From contig CAVSJQ010000014.1 of the NCBI GenBank assembly GCA_963728355.1, positions 11,953 to 75,952 on the forward strand: a stretch of 64,000 bases of DNA, read 5' to 3'. The notes under the pieces are model-generated. The model worked only from the letters and a program-made list of their open reading frames with translations, did no database searches and was not told the origin of the DNA. The first letter of the stretch is position 1; each line of letters starts with the position of its first letter. This document shows positions 26,593 to 36,038 of the stretch, piece by piece. The translations under genes and the position numbers were made by a program. The stretch is from Ilumatobacteraceae bacterium. Its GTDB lineage: Bacteria; Actinomycetota; Acidimicrobiia; Acidimicrobiales; Ilumatobacteraceae.

Positions 26593-27948
26593 TCAGGCGG
26601 ACGTCGCAGGATGGGCCGGGCGCGAGCCCTTCTCGCAGGACGAGATCCCCAGCGAGGAGACGAGCTTGCGCCGCTTCTTTGCGGCGGTCTCGCGGGCGGC
26701 CGTGTCGTGGATGGCCGGCGAATTGAAGGCGCCGACCTGGAGCGCCCGCGCCTGGCCGAGCACGCCTTCCAGCTGTTCGACGTCGAGCGTCAGGTAGCGC
26801 CGGTAGGCAGCGACCCGATCGCGGGGCGGCACGAGGGCCGCCAGCCGGAGGGTCCCACGGCGGGCCAGCCGGTAGAGCGGTTCCCCGACCCGCAGCCCGT
26901 AGGCCATCGCGAGCGGCCTCGCCTCGACCGGATCGGTGACGCCGCGGCGCATCCCCTCCATCCTTTCGATCAGCCCGTCCGCCTGCGACAGCAGGCGCTT
27001 CGCTTCACCCGCCACTCCGCGGCAGATCGCGGTCGCCCGCCGCCGGAACGCGGCCGCCGAAAGCGGCCTCGCGCCGGCGGGCGGCCGCAGGGAACCCAGG
27101 CTGCGGCCATCGGTCATGCCGAGTTCGGCGCGCAGGGCCGGGGTGTAGTCGAGGACCCGGGAGCGCGACGGCAGAGCGACCTTCGGGTGGGCGCCGAAGG
27201 CGAAATATTCCATCCGCATGTCCATCGTGAGCTCCGGGCCACCGTCGGCGGTGGGCAGCTGCTGGACCATGCGGACGAGGCGCAGGAGGCCCCGGTCGTC
27301 GATCCAGACTTCGACCGGGATCGGGGCGGGAGCGCGTTCGGCGAACGCTTCGTACTCGCGCGCCGGCTCGGCCTCCCCCTTTTCGGCCAGCAGGCCGGCC
27401 ACCCGCGCCAGGTCGATCGTCGTCTTGTACCGCGTCGTCTGGTGGTCGCGGACGATCTCCCGATCGACCCGTTCGACCTGGGCGACGGCTTCCAGCATCC
27501 TGAGCGTCCCCTCGGCGCGGCCGCCGAAGGCGGTCTCCGGGTCGTGGCCGAGCAGCGGTTCCATCCCCAGCCATTCCTTGCCGGGCGGCAGTTCGCCCGC
27601 GATGGCCGAGGAGCGGAGGAAGACCTTGCGGGCGTCGCCGACCGATTCGACGTTCACGGTGGCCTGGCCCGGGACCGGCACCGACAGCTCGATCCTGGCC
27701 CGGTCGCCGCGCGCGTCGAAGGCGCCGCGGCCCGTCCCGACGATCGCCCTCGAGCCGCCCGCGGCGCTGTAGGTGACCTGCAGCTTGAGGTGGGCGCCGG
27801 GCATCGCCGCGGTGCGCTCGGCCGCCTGCGCCACCGGGTTCAGCGCCGCCGCCCCGCCGTGCAGCAGGTAGTTGACGACGACCGCGATCAGCAGCACCGA
27901 CAGCAGGCCGGCGAGCCAGAGCAGGCGCCTGGAGAGCGGGTCGTCCAC
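26593..27948 (-). CDS. membrane-anchored hypothetical protein
   Basis: 451 aa with an N-terminal TM helix (LLWLAGLLSVLLIAVVVNYLL). I recognise no catalytic motif. Confidence 0.6.
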   Translation of the reverse strand: MDDPLSRRLLWLAGLLSVLLIAVVVNYLLHGGAAALNPVAQAAERTAAMPGAHLKLQVTYSAAGGSRAIVGTGRGAFDARGDRARIELSVPVPGQATVNVESVGDARKVFLRSSAIAGELPPGKEWLGMEPLLGHDPETAFGGRAEGTLRMLEAVAQVERVDREIVRDHQTTRYKTTIDLARVAGLLAEKGEAEPAREYEAFAERAPAPIPVEVWIDDRGLLRLVRMVQQLPTADGGPELTMDMRMEYFAFGAHPKVALPSRSRVLDYTPALRAELGMTDGRSLGSLRPPAGARPLSAAAFRRRATAICRGVAGEAKRLLSQADGLIERMEGMRRGVTDPVEARPLAMAYGLRVGEPLYRLARRGTLRLAALVPPRDRVAAYRRYLTLDVEQLEGVLGQARALQVGAFNSPAIHDTAARETAAKKRRKLVSSLGISSCEKGSRPAHPATSA

Positions 27949-28024
27949 GCGGGTGCATCGGCCACCGCGCGGCGGCGCTTGAGCGTTCGATCGCCTTCGG
28001 AGCGGAAGCGGACGAACGTCCGGC

Positions 28025-28978
28025 CTAGAGGGCCGGATCGGGAACGTCGCGATCGGCCGGCGGTGCGGCCGCGGCCCGTCCCCCGCGCCGCGCGTTGGTG
28101 TCGATCGCTTCGGCGAACGTCGGCCAGAGGTCGCGCGGCAGGTCGTGGCCCATCCCGTCGATCATCATCAGCCGCGCGCCGGGGATCGCCCGCGCGGTGG
28201 CGCGGCCGCCCGACGGTTTGACGAGCGGATCGCGGGTGCCGTGGATCACGGCGGCGGGCACCTGGACGTGGTGCAGGACCTTGGTGCGGTCGCCGGAGGC
28301 GACGATCGCGTGGAGCTGGCGGGTGACGCCGGCCGCGGAGTGGCCGCGATCGTAGGAGCGGGCCGCCATCTCACGGACCATGTCTTCTTCGAAGGGGAAC
28401 CCGGGCGAGCCAATCACCTTGAAGGTCTCCACGGCACGGGAGATCACCTGGTCGCGCCCCCGGGGCGGGTTGCCGAACAGGAGGCCCATGGTTTTCAGGC
28501 TCGGCTGGCCGCTGCGGCGATTGCCGGTGGTGGACATGATCGAGACCAGCGAGCGGACGCGCGACGCCTGTTCGATCGCCATCTGCTGGACGATCATCCC
28601 GCCCATCGAGGCGCCCACCACGTGGGCGGAGTCGATCTCCAGGAAGTCGAGCAGGCCGGCCGCGTCCTGGGCCATGTCGCGGAGCAGGTAGGGCGCCGTG
28701 GCGCGCCGCCCGACCAGCAGGTCGAGTTTGCTCGGCACCCCGGCCGGGTCGATCTTGGTCGAGCGGCCGATGTCGCGGTTGTCGAAGCGGATCACCCGGT
28801 AGCCGCGCTCGGCGAGCAGGCCGCAGAAGCCCTCGTGCCAGGCGATCATCTGGGTCGCCAGGCCCATCACCAGGAGCAGCGGCTCACCATCCGGCTCGCC
28901 CATCTCCTGGTAGCAGAGCTCGATGCCGTTGGCGACGGCCATCCGCTCCTCGCCGAAGCTGTACTTCCGTCCGTACAT
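28025..28978 (-). CDS. alpha/beta-fold hydrolase
   Basis: ATG 28978 (or 28942) within the long ORF 28025-29692. Nucleophile elbow VGASMGG. C-terminal GHDLP His. Confidence 0.8.
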   Translation of the reverse strand: MYGRKYSFGEERMAVANGIELCYQEMGEPDGEPLLLVMGLATQMIAWHEGFCGLLAERGYRVIRFDNRDIGRSTKIDPAGVPSKLDLLVGRRATAPYLLRDMAQDAAGLLDFLEIDSAHVVGASMGGMIVQQMAIEQASRVRSLVSIMSTTGNRRSGQPSLKTMGLLFGNPPRGRDQVISRAVETFKVIGSPGFPFEEDMVREMAARSYDRGHSAAGVTRQLHAIVASGDRTKVLHHVQVPAAVIHGTRDPLVKPSGGRATARAIPGARLMMIDGMGHDLPRDLWPTFAEAIDTNARRGGRAAAAPPADRDVPDPAL

Positions 28979-29049
28979 CGAAGGGATTTTAGCGATGCCT
29001 GGCCGGCCGGCCAAAAGGGCCCGTGCGCGCCGTCCGCTAAAAGGACCGG

Positions 29050-30201
29050 GTGAAGACGGCGCTGATCTCCGACCTGCACCTCGGCGTGGCCAGCGGCGGC
29101 GACCTGCTCCGCGACCCCGAGCTGCGCGCCGTCCTCGTCGAGGAGCTGCGCGGTGCCGACCGCCTCGTCCTGCTCGGCGACGCGCTGGAGCTGCGCGAGC
29201 GGCCGCTCGGCGCGGCGCTCGACCAGGCGCTCCCCGTCCTCGCCGAGCTGGGCGCCGCGCTCGGCGACGTCGAGGTCGTGCTCGTTCCCGGCAACCACGA
29301 CTCCCGCCTCGCCGAGCCGCTCCTCGACCGTCTCTCCCTCGCGGACGCGCCGCTGCCGCTCGAGGGACTCGCCGAGCCCGCCGCCGGCCCGGCCGCGGCG
29401 CTTGCCGCCGCCCTCTCCCCCGCCCGCCTGTCGATCGCCTACCCCGGGATCTGGGTCCGCGACGACGTCTACGCGACCCACGGCCATTACATGGACGTGC
29501 ACCTGCGCCTGCCGCGCGTCGAGTGCGTGGCGGCGGCCGCCGCCCGGCGACTCGCCGGCCCGCCCCCGCAGGCGGCCGCGCCCGACGACTACGAGCGCAT
29601 CCTCCGACCCATCTACGGCCTCGCCTTCGGCGCCGCCCAGGCGATGCCGCGCCGCCTGCGCCCGCGCGACCGGGGGCCCTCCGAAACGGCATGGGAGGTG
29701 CTCTCCGGCGCCCGCACGGGCGACACCCCCCGGCGCCGGCTGCGGTCCCGCGCCGCGCGGGCGGGCTTCCCGGTCGCCGTGGCCGCCGTCAACCGCCTGC
29801 TCCGCGCCGACTTCGACACCGAGATCGGGGGCGAGGCGATCTTCCGCAGCGGCATCGAGGGCGCGGGCGAGGTGGCGCGCCGGCTCGGCGTCGACCGCGG
29901 CCACGTGATCATGGGCCACACCCATCGCGGCGGCCCGCACCGCGGCGAGGGCCCCTGGCCGCTTCCCGGCGGCGGCGAGCTCCACAACACCGGCAACTGG
30001 TCCTTCTCGGCGCCACTGCACCCGCCGGGCCGGCCGCCGAACCCCTACTGGCCGGGGACGGTCACCTGGGTCGAGGACTCCGGTCCGCCGCGCCGGGTCG
30101 AGCTGCTCCGCGACCGCGCCCCGGAGGAACTCGCCGCCCGCGCCGCCCGCACGCGTCGCGGCGACGTCGCGGCGGCTAGGACGCCAGCCAGTCGGCGATG
30201 A
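29050..30201 (+). CDS. metallophosphoesterase
   Basis: GTG start. Motifs ISDLHLG, LLGDALE and VPGNHD. Confidence 0.8.
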   Translation: MKTALISDLHLGVASGGDLLRDPELRAVLVEELRGADRLVLLGDALELRERPLGAALDQALPVLAELGAALGDVEVVLVPGNHDSRLAEPLLDRLSLADAPLPLEGLAEPAAGPAAALAAALSPARLSIAYPGIWVRDDVYATHGHYMDVHLRLPRVECVAAAAARRLAGPPPQAAAPDDYERILRPIYGLAFGAAQAMPRRLRPRDRGPSETAWEVLSGARTGDTPRRRLRSRAARAGFPVAVAAVNRLLRADFDTEIGGEAIFRSGIEGAGEVARRLGVDRGHVIMGHTHRGGPHRGEGPWPLPGGGELHNTGNWSFSAPLHPPGRPPNPYWPGTVTWVEDSGPPRRVELLRDRAPEELAARAARTRRGDVAAARTPASRR

Positions 30202-31057
30202 GCGCGCCGATCTCGGGCCCGGCGTCCTCCTGGAGGAAGTGGCCCGCCTCGGCGATCGGGCGCGGCGCCGGGAGCCCGAGCTGCGAGGCGACCCGCTCGC
30301 CGACCGAGAAGGGCAGCACCGGGTCGTTCTCGGCCCACAGCACCAGGGCCGGGCGGTCGTCGGCGCGCAGCGCGTCGGCCACCCGTTTGCCCTCCGCGGC
30401 GCCCGGCGCGTCGGGCTCGGTGGGCAGGATCAGCGGGAACGCGCGGGCGCCGGCCTTCGCCGCCGGGTCGACATAGGGAGCCTCGTAGGCGGCGATCACC
30501 TCGTCGCCGGGATCGTGCCGGCAGCCGCCCCGCACCAGCATCCCGACCGGCACCTCCTCGGCGTCGCGGACGAAGTCCCGGAAGGCGATCCAGGCGTCGC
30601 TCATCCGCTGGTGGCCGGTGAAGGGGCCGGTGTCCATGATCACCAGGCGGTCGAAGCGGTCGGCGTGCTCGACCGCCAGCCGCAGCCCGATCGGCCCACC
30701 CCAGTCGTGGACGACGGCGGTCGCGCCGCGCAGGTCGAGCCGCGCCAGCAGCTCGGCCATCAGCTCGACGTGGCGGTCGTAGGTGTAGAAGCCGAGGTCG
30801 GTCGGCTTGTCGGAGCGGCCGAAGCCTGCGTAGTCGGGCGCGATGCAGCGGAATCCCGCGTCGCGGACCAGCGGGATCACCTTGCGCCAGAGGAACGACC
30901 AGGTCGGCTCGCCATGGAAGAAGACGACCGGCGGCCCCTCGCCCTCGTCGAGGAAGGCGATCCGCAGCCCGTCGATCTCCTCGTAGCGCGACTCGAAGGG
31001 GAAATCGGGCAGCCCGACGAGCCGCTCCTCCGGCGTGCGTGAGATCCCCGCCCCCAT
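30176..31057 (-). CDS. haloalkane-dehalogenase-like alpha/beta hydrolase
   Basis: ATG 31057. HGEPTWSFLWRK and the nucleophile Asp motif VVHDWGG. C-terminal GHFLQED. Confidence 0.8.
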   Translation of the reverse strand: MGAGISRTPEERLVGLPDFPFESRYEEIDGLRIAFLDEGEGPPVVFFHGEPTWSFLWRKVIPLVRDAGFRCIAPDYAGFGRSDKPTDLGFYTYDRHVELMAELLARLDLRGATAVVHDWGGPIGLRLAVEHADRFDRLVIMDTGPFTGHQRMSDAWIAFRDFVRDAEEVPVGMLVRGGCRHDPGDEVIAAYEAPYVDPAAKAGARAFPLILPTEPDAPGAAEGKRVADALRADDRPALVLWAENDPVLPFSVGERVASQLGLPAPRPIAEAGHFLQEDAGPEIGALIADWLAS

Positions 31058-31179
31058 GCGACCGACCCTAACGCGACGGGCGAGGACTGTCACCTGGGCC
31101 CGCCCGAGCCCGCTTGGGAGCCGCCCGCCGGCCCGCGCTCGGGCAGCCGTCGCCGGTCGCTTTTTGGCACCCTGTCTGG

Positions 31180-31668
31180 ATGAGTCCCGCGAATCAGAGC
31201 AACGGCGGCGAGGCGATCACCGCCGCCGGCATCGAGGAACTGAAAGCCGAGCTCGCCGAGCTCGAAGGGCCGCGCCGCCATGAGATGGCCGAGCGCATCA
31301 AGGTCGCCCGTGAGCTCGGCGACCTCAAGGAGAACGCCGAGTACCACACGGCGAAAGACGACCAGGCGCTGATGGAGACGCGGATCAAGCGGCTCCAGCA
31401 ACGCCTCCGCAACGCCGTCGTCGTCGAGGCCGGCGGGGACGGCGACGTCTTCGCCTTCGGCCGCAGCGCCGAAGTGCTCGACGAGTCCAAAGACGAGACC
31501 AACACCTGGACGCTGGTCGGCTCGACCGAGGCCAACCTCGCCGAGGGCAAGCTCTCGGCCGAGTCGCCGATCGGCCAGGCGCTGCGCGACACGGCGGTCG
31601 GCGCGACGGTCGAGGTCGAGACGCCGCGCGGCAGCAAAAGCTTCAAGGTCCTGAAGCTGGTCGACTAG
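31180..31668 (+). CDS. greA: transcription elongation factor GreA
   Basis: ATG 31180. GDLKENAEYHTAKDDQ and the C-terminal FKBP-like part SPIGQALRD...VEVETPRG. Confidence 0.9.
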   Translation: MSPANQSNGGEAITAAGIEELKAELAELEGPRRHEMAERIKVARELGDLKENAEYHTAKDDQALMETRIKRLQQRLRNAVVVEAGGDGDVFAFGRSAEVLDESKDETNTWTLVGSTEANLAEGKLSAESPIGQALRDTAVGATVEVETPRGSKSFKVLKLVD

Positions 31669-31699
31669 CTGACGCCGGGCGCGCGCTCAGAATGGGCGC

Positions 31700-32605
31700 G
31701 TGCTGCGGCTTCACGCATCCCTCGACCAACGGCGTGAGCCCGCCTTCGGCGCCGTCCTGCGCGAGCTCGACGGGGTGCGGCGCGTGCTCCGCCAGCCCGA
31801 CGAGGCGGCGGCCGGGCGGACCTTGTTCGTCGCCGACATCGAGCCCTCCGCGGCCGACGAGCTGGTCGCGGCGATCGCCTCGATCGGCATCGGCGAGGAC
31901 GACTACGTCCTCACCCGGGTCGACGTGGTCGCCCCGCAGCGGCGGCCGCTGACCGGCCACCGCGACATCGACGGGCTCGCCTGGGTCGAGGTGCTCGGCC
32001 ACGCCCGGGCCAACTCGTGGCCCTTCGCCCGCTACCTGGCGCTGATCAACGTCGCCGCGGTGATCGGGGCGCTCGGCGTCATCACCTCCAGCTCGATCCT
32101 GATCATCGGCGCGATGGCGGTCAGTCCCGACCTGCTGCCGATCTGCGCCACCTGCGTGGGGATCGTCGCCGGGCGCACCGGCCTCGCGGCACGTGCCTTC
32201 GCGACCCAGGCGATCGGCATGTCGCTGGTCGTGCTGACCGCGATCGTGGTCGCCGCGTTCCTGAAGGTGACCGGCATCCTGCCCGCCGGCTTCCGGGTCG
32301 AGGAGACCAGCCTCCGCACCCTCGCCCACACCGACTACTCGACCGTGATGGTCGCCGCCGCGGCCGGGGTGGCGGCGATGCTCTCCTTCGAGACCGGCGC
32401 GGCCGCCGCGGTCGGGGTGGCGATCTCGGTGACCACGATCCCCGCCTCCGTCTATCTCGGGGTGGCGATCGGCGGCGGCGGGGCCGACCAGGCGCTCGGC
32501 GCCCTGCTCGTCCTGCTCGTCAACATCGGGCTGCTGATCCTCAGCGGCACGCTGACCCTGCTGGTGCAGCGGGCCCTTTCGAGTCGCCAGGCGCGGACGT
32601 CCTAG
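31700..32605 (+). CDS. DUF389-family integral membrane protein
   Basis: 301 aa, GTG start. Multiple TM helices. The IGAMAVSPDLLPI segment is typical of the family (from memory). Confidence 0.65.
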   Translation: MLRLHASLDQRREPAFGAVLRELDGVRRVLRQPDEAAAGRTLFVADIEPSAADELVAAIASIGIGEDDYVLTRVDVVAPQRRPLTGHRDIDGLAWVEVLGHARANSWPFARYLALINVAAVIGALGVITSSSILIIGAMAVSPDLLPICATCVGIVAGRTGLAARAFATQAIGMSLVVLTAIVVAAFLKVTGILPAGFRVEETSLRTLAHTDYSTVMVAAAAGVAAMLSFETGAAAAVGVAISVTTIPASVYLGVAIGGGGADQALGALLVLLVNIGLLILSGTLTLLVQRALSSRQARTS

Positions 32606-32643
32606 GTGGCGGATCCACGCCCGCCGCCGCTGCGACGCAGGGC

Positions 32644-32750
32644 GTGCGGTCGACCTTTGGCCCGGACTCCGAGGTGCGGTCGACCTTTGGCCCGGTAGAC
32701 GGGCGTTAGGACGACCGCGCCCGGCGGGGCGGGTCAAAGGTCGACCGCAT
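32644..32750. repeat. three copies of a ~21-bp element TGCGGTCGACCTTTGRCCCG (two direct, one inverted)
   Basis: Direct copies at 32644-32665 and 32674-32695, identical over 22 nt. An inverted copy at 32730-32750 has two mismatches. Lies between convergent genes. Confidence 0.8.
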
Positions 32751-32948
32751 CCTCGCGATCGCGGGGCGGGTCCCGGGGCGGGCAGGCGCTCGCCGCGGCG
32801 CGCCCGTTCCGTCCTCCTATCTGCCGAAGCGGAGGATGGGACGGGCGCGCCGGCTCTGGCGGGCGGCGGGGTCGTGGGTTCAGGCATCTGGGGCCCCGGG
32901 CGCCGGCGCCGCTGATCGACATCGGCCCGCCGATCGTCGGCGGCACGG

Positions 32949-34163
32949 TCACGCGGCTGGCGCGGCGGACCCTTGCGAGTCGCCGGGCGCGACCGGCCTG
33001 GTGGCCGGCGCGTCGGCGGGCCTCGAGGCGGGACCGTGAACCGGCGGCGCGACGGCGCCCTCGGCGGGTGAGGCGGGTGAGGCGGGTGAGGCGGGTGAGG
33101 CGGGTGAGGCGGGTGATCGCTCACTTGAGGATGCCGCGGACGGGACAGGTCCCGCGACCGGCGCCCCGGCGGCCGATCCCTGCTCCGGCGCCGCGGCCGG
33201 CGCCGCGAGCGGCGGCGCGGCGGCCTGCCCGGCGAGGCTCGACCACGGTGCCGGGACGGGGCGGCGCTCGTCGTAGACGACCTCGGTGCGGCCCATCCGA
33301 TCGGCCCAGCCGCGCCGCGATTCGCCGAAGACGATGCCGAGGAAGCCGATGCCGAAGGTCACGAAGGAGAGGCCGAGGCCGACGAGGCGGCGGACCGAGC
33401 GGCGGAACGGCAGCCGGCGCTGCTCCAGCCGGACGCCGAGGAAGCGCATCCCGGGCGTCTGTCCCTCCAACGACCAGAAGCCGACCAGGTAGGTGCCGAC
33501 GACGGCCAGCCAGGTGAACGAGCCGACCGCGATCGCCCCCCGCGGCACGCTTTCGCCGCTGCCGCCGAGCAGGGTGATGACCAGCGTCGCGGCGCCCGCC
33601 AGCACGGTGAAGAAGAGGTTGACGATCAGCGCGTCGATCAGGAAGGCGATGCCGCGGCTGACCGCGCCCGCGCGGTTGGTCGGCAGCGGCCGGCGGCGGC
33701 GGAAGAAGATGCGGCGGGCGACCCGCTCGAGCGTGTTGTCGAGGTCGCGGGCGAGCTTGGCGATCTGGCGGCCGATGTCGCCGAGCAGGCCGACTCCCTG
33801 GGAAGCGATCGCCGCCCGCACCTCGGGCGCCTCTGCGATCCGCTCGACCAGCTGCTGGGCCTGCTGGGAGGCGAGCAGCCGCCGCCACACCTCGTCGACC
33901 AGCTCGCTGTCCATCGCCTCGAGCAGCGCCTTCTTCACCGCGGCGCTCTCCAGCGCGCCCTGCACGGCCTCCTCGACCACCGGGCCCTCCAGCACCCGGG
34001 CCAGCGCCCGCTCGACCGCCTCGCTTTCGACCGCCGAGACGATCGCCTCCTCGGCGGCCATCTCGACCGCCTTGTCGATCCCGGTGACGCGGCCGACCGC
34101 GCCCGCGCCGCGGGCCCCGGCCCCCAGCAGGCGCGCCGCGATTGGCGTGCTCTCGTCGGCCAT
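32949..34163 (-). CDS. RDD-family membrane protein with Pro/Ala/Ser-rich tail
   Basis: 404 aa. RDD-type segment AVSRGIAFLIDALIV...WADRMGRTEVV with three TM helices. The C-terminal low-complexity tail includes an SPA repeat. Confidence 0.75.
   Translation of the reverse strand: MADESTPIAARLLGAGARGAGAVGRVTGIDKAVEMAAEEAIVSAVESEAVERALARVLEGPVVEEAVQGALESAAVKKALLEAMDSELVDEVWRRLLASQQAQQLVERIAEAPEVRAAIASQGVGLLGDIGRQIAKLARDLDNTLERVARRIFFRRRRPLPTNRAGAVSRGIAFLIDALIVNLFFTVLAGAATLVITLLGGSGESVPRGAIAVGSFTWLAVVGTYLVGFWSLEGQTPGMRFLGVRLEQRRLPFRRSVRRLVGLGLSFVTFGIGFLGIVFGESRRGWADRMGRTEVVYDERRPVPAPWSSLAGQAAAPPLAAPAAAPEQGSAAGAPVAGPVPSAASSSERSPASPASPASPASPASPAEGAVAPPVHGPASRPADAPATRPVAPGDSQGSAAPAA
33063..33116. repeat. 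perfect 9-bp tandem repeat (GGCGGGTGA) x6
   Basis: Read directly in the sequence. Encodes (SPA)n in the RDD protein tail on the minus strand. Confidence 0.95.
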
Positions 34164-34241
34164 CCTGGCCGAGTATAGGTCCGCGTCGGTCGGCCGGCCG
34201 ATCCCGAAAGAAGACCGGGGCGACCGCCCGGCCGCGCCGTC

Positions 34242-34733
34242 CTACCCGGTGACCGCCCGGGCGAGGTGCGCCAGCAGTCGGTCGAGGAACGCGGCCTGCG
34301 CCGGGAGCAGCTTGCGGCGCGCCTCCCGCGGCCCGAACCACTCGGCCCGGTCGACCTCGGGGAACTCGACCGTGCGGCCGCTGCGCGGCGGCCACTCCAT
34401 CTCGAAGGCGTTGCCGGCCAGGGCGGCGGGATCGAAATCGCCCTCCGCCCCCCAGGCGTCGACCACTTTGCCGCCGCGCTGGCGGATCGAGCCGAGCTCG
34501 ATCAGCTCGCCCGGCTCGAGCGCCGGCGCCGCGTCGCCAAGCTCCTCGCCCAGCTCGCGCAGCGCCGCCTCCCGCGCCTCCTCGTCGGCCTCGATGCCAC
34601 CCTTCGGGATCGACCAGGCGCCGTCGTCGCGCCGCGCCCAGTACGGGCCGCCCGGGTGGACGAGCAGGAACTCCGTCTCGCCGTCCTCGCCGCGGCGGTA
34701 GAGGAGGACCCCGGAGCTGCGCTTGACCGCCAC
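34242..34733 (-). CDS. NUDIX hydrolase
   Basis: NUDIX box GGIEADEEAREAALRELGEELG. Confidence 0.85.
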   Translation of the reverse strand: MAVKRSSGVLLYRRGEDGETEFLLVHPGGPYWARRDDGAWSIPKGGIEADEEAREAALRELGEELGDAAPALEPGELIELGSIRQRGGKVVDAWGAEGDFDPAALAGNAFEMEWPPRSGRTVEFPEVDRAEWFGPREARRKLLPAQAAFLDRLLAHLARAVTG

Positions 34734-34741
34734 GCGCCGGC

Positions 34742-35320
34742 CTACCCCGCCAACACGTCGAGCAGCGGCCCGAGCGTCGCCAGGACGTCCTCGCGCGGCA
34801 CCGCGGCAAGCGTCTCCAGGGTGCCGTTGGCGCGGGTGACCACGACCCCGACGGCGAGCGCGACGAGCAGCTCGGCGCGCAGCTCCGGCCGGGCGACGCC
34901 GCGCCCGCGCAGCTCGGCGACCAGGCCGCGGAGGACGCGGTCGTCGACCATCGCGCTGACCTGCTCCCGGGCGCCGGCGCTCAGCGCCGGGCTGGCGAGG
35001 GCGCGGCCGATCGGGCTGCGGCCGGGCTCGTCCCAGCGCTCGAGCAGGAAGGCGACCAGCGCCCGCGGCTCGAACTCGATCTCCTGCTCGGCAGCGGTGC
35101 CCGCGGCGATCGCGGCGATGAACAGGCCTTCCTTGCTGCCGAAGTAGCGGGCGATGAGCGCCGGGTCGACCCCCGCCCGCTCGCCGATCTCCCGCGTGGT
35201 CGCGCGGTCGAACCCGACCTCGTCGAAGACGGCGCGGCCCGCGTCGAGCAGGGCGCGGCGCGATGCCTCGGCGTCGTGCGGCCGCCTCGGCGCGGCGACC
35301 TTGTCACCGACTGCTGACAT
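34742..35320 (-). CDS. TetR/AcrR-family transcriptional regulator
   Basis: N-terminal HTH FDRATTREIGERAGVDPALIARYFGSKEGLF. Confidence 0.85.
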   Translation of the reverse strand: MSAVGDKVAAPRRPHDAEASRRALLDAGRAVFDEVGFDRATTREIGERAGVDPALIARYFGSKEGLFIAAIAAGTAAEQEIEFEPRALVAFLLERWDEPGRSPIGRALASPALSAGAREQVSAMVDDRVLRGLVAELRGRGVARPELRAELLVALAVGVVVTRANGTLETLAAVPREDVLATLGPLLDVLAG

Positions 35321-35405
35321 CGGCGCGAGCCTAGCACCGCCCCATGTGGCCTGGCGCAGGCGCCTCTCACGCGCCTTTTAACAACTTCGTTACATTCGGA
35401 GACCC

Positions 35406-36038
35406 GTGGAATGGAGCATCCTCCACGCCCTCAACGACTTCCTCTACCGCCATGACGCGGTCGAGGATCCGCTGCTCTTCTACGTCAACACCTCGGAGGC
35501 GCTCTTCGTCGCGACCCTCGTCCTCGTCTTCCTGTTCGCCAACGGCGAGCGCCTGCGGCCGTGGCGGCGGACCGCGGTGGCCGCCTGGCTCAGCGCCGGG
35601 CTGGCTCTCGGCGTCGGCAAACTCATCTCCGAAGTGGTCGATCGGGCGCGGCCCTTCGTGGTCGAACCGCAGGGCGTCCACCTCTTCGCCCACCACGCCG
35701 CCGACCCGAGCTTTCCCAGCGACCACGCCACCGGTTCCTTCGCGGTCGCGATGGCGATCTGGCTGCGCAACCGCCGCTGGGGCACGGTCGCGCTGATCGC
35801 CGCCGCCGTGCTGTCGATCGGCCGGGTGGCGATCGGCGTCCACTTCCCGAGCGACGTCCTCGGCGGCGCGGTGCTCGGCTGCCTGGCCGCGCTGGCCCTC
35901 TTCGCGCGCCCGCCGCGCGACTGGATCGACCGCCTCTCCGATCTGCTCGGGGGACTGCTCGAACGGGCGCTCAGGCGGCTAGGGCTCGGTGCCCGAGACC
36001 GTCCCACATCTGCTCGAACTGGCTCTTCGACCAGGTGA
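35406..36038 (+). CDS. PAP2-family phosphatase
   Basis: GTG start. Motifs SFPSDHAT and GVHFPSDVLGG. Multiple TM helices. Confidence 0.8.
   Translation: MEWSILHALNDFLYRHDAVEDPLLFYVNTSEALFVATLVLVFLFANGERLRPWRRTAVAAWLSAGLALGVGKLISEVVDRARPFVVEPQGVHLFAHHAADPSFPSDHATGSFAVAMAIWLRNRRWGTVALIAAAVLSIGRVAIGVHFPSDVLGGAVLGCLAALALFARPPRDWIDRLSDLLGGLLERALRRLGLGARDRPTSARTGSSTR

Noticed and set aside
33063-33116. Possible CRISPR or minisatellite; also the PHPPHPP repeat in ORF 31643-33124
   Set aside because: The 9-bp units have no spacers, so this is not a CRISPR. The PHP repeat is just another frame of the same DNA, which encodes SPA in the RDD gene.
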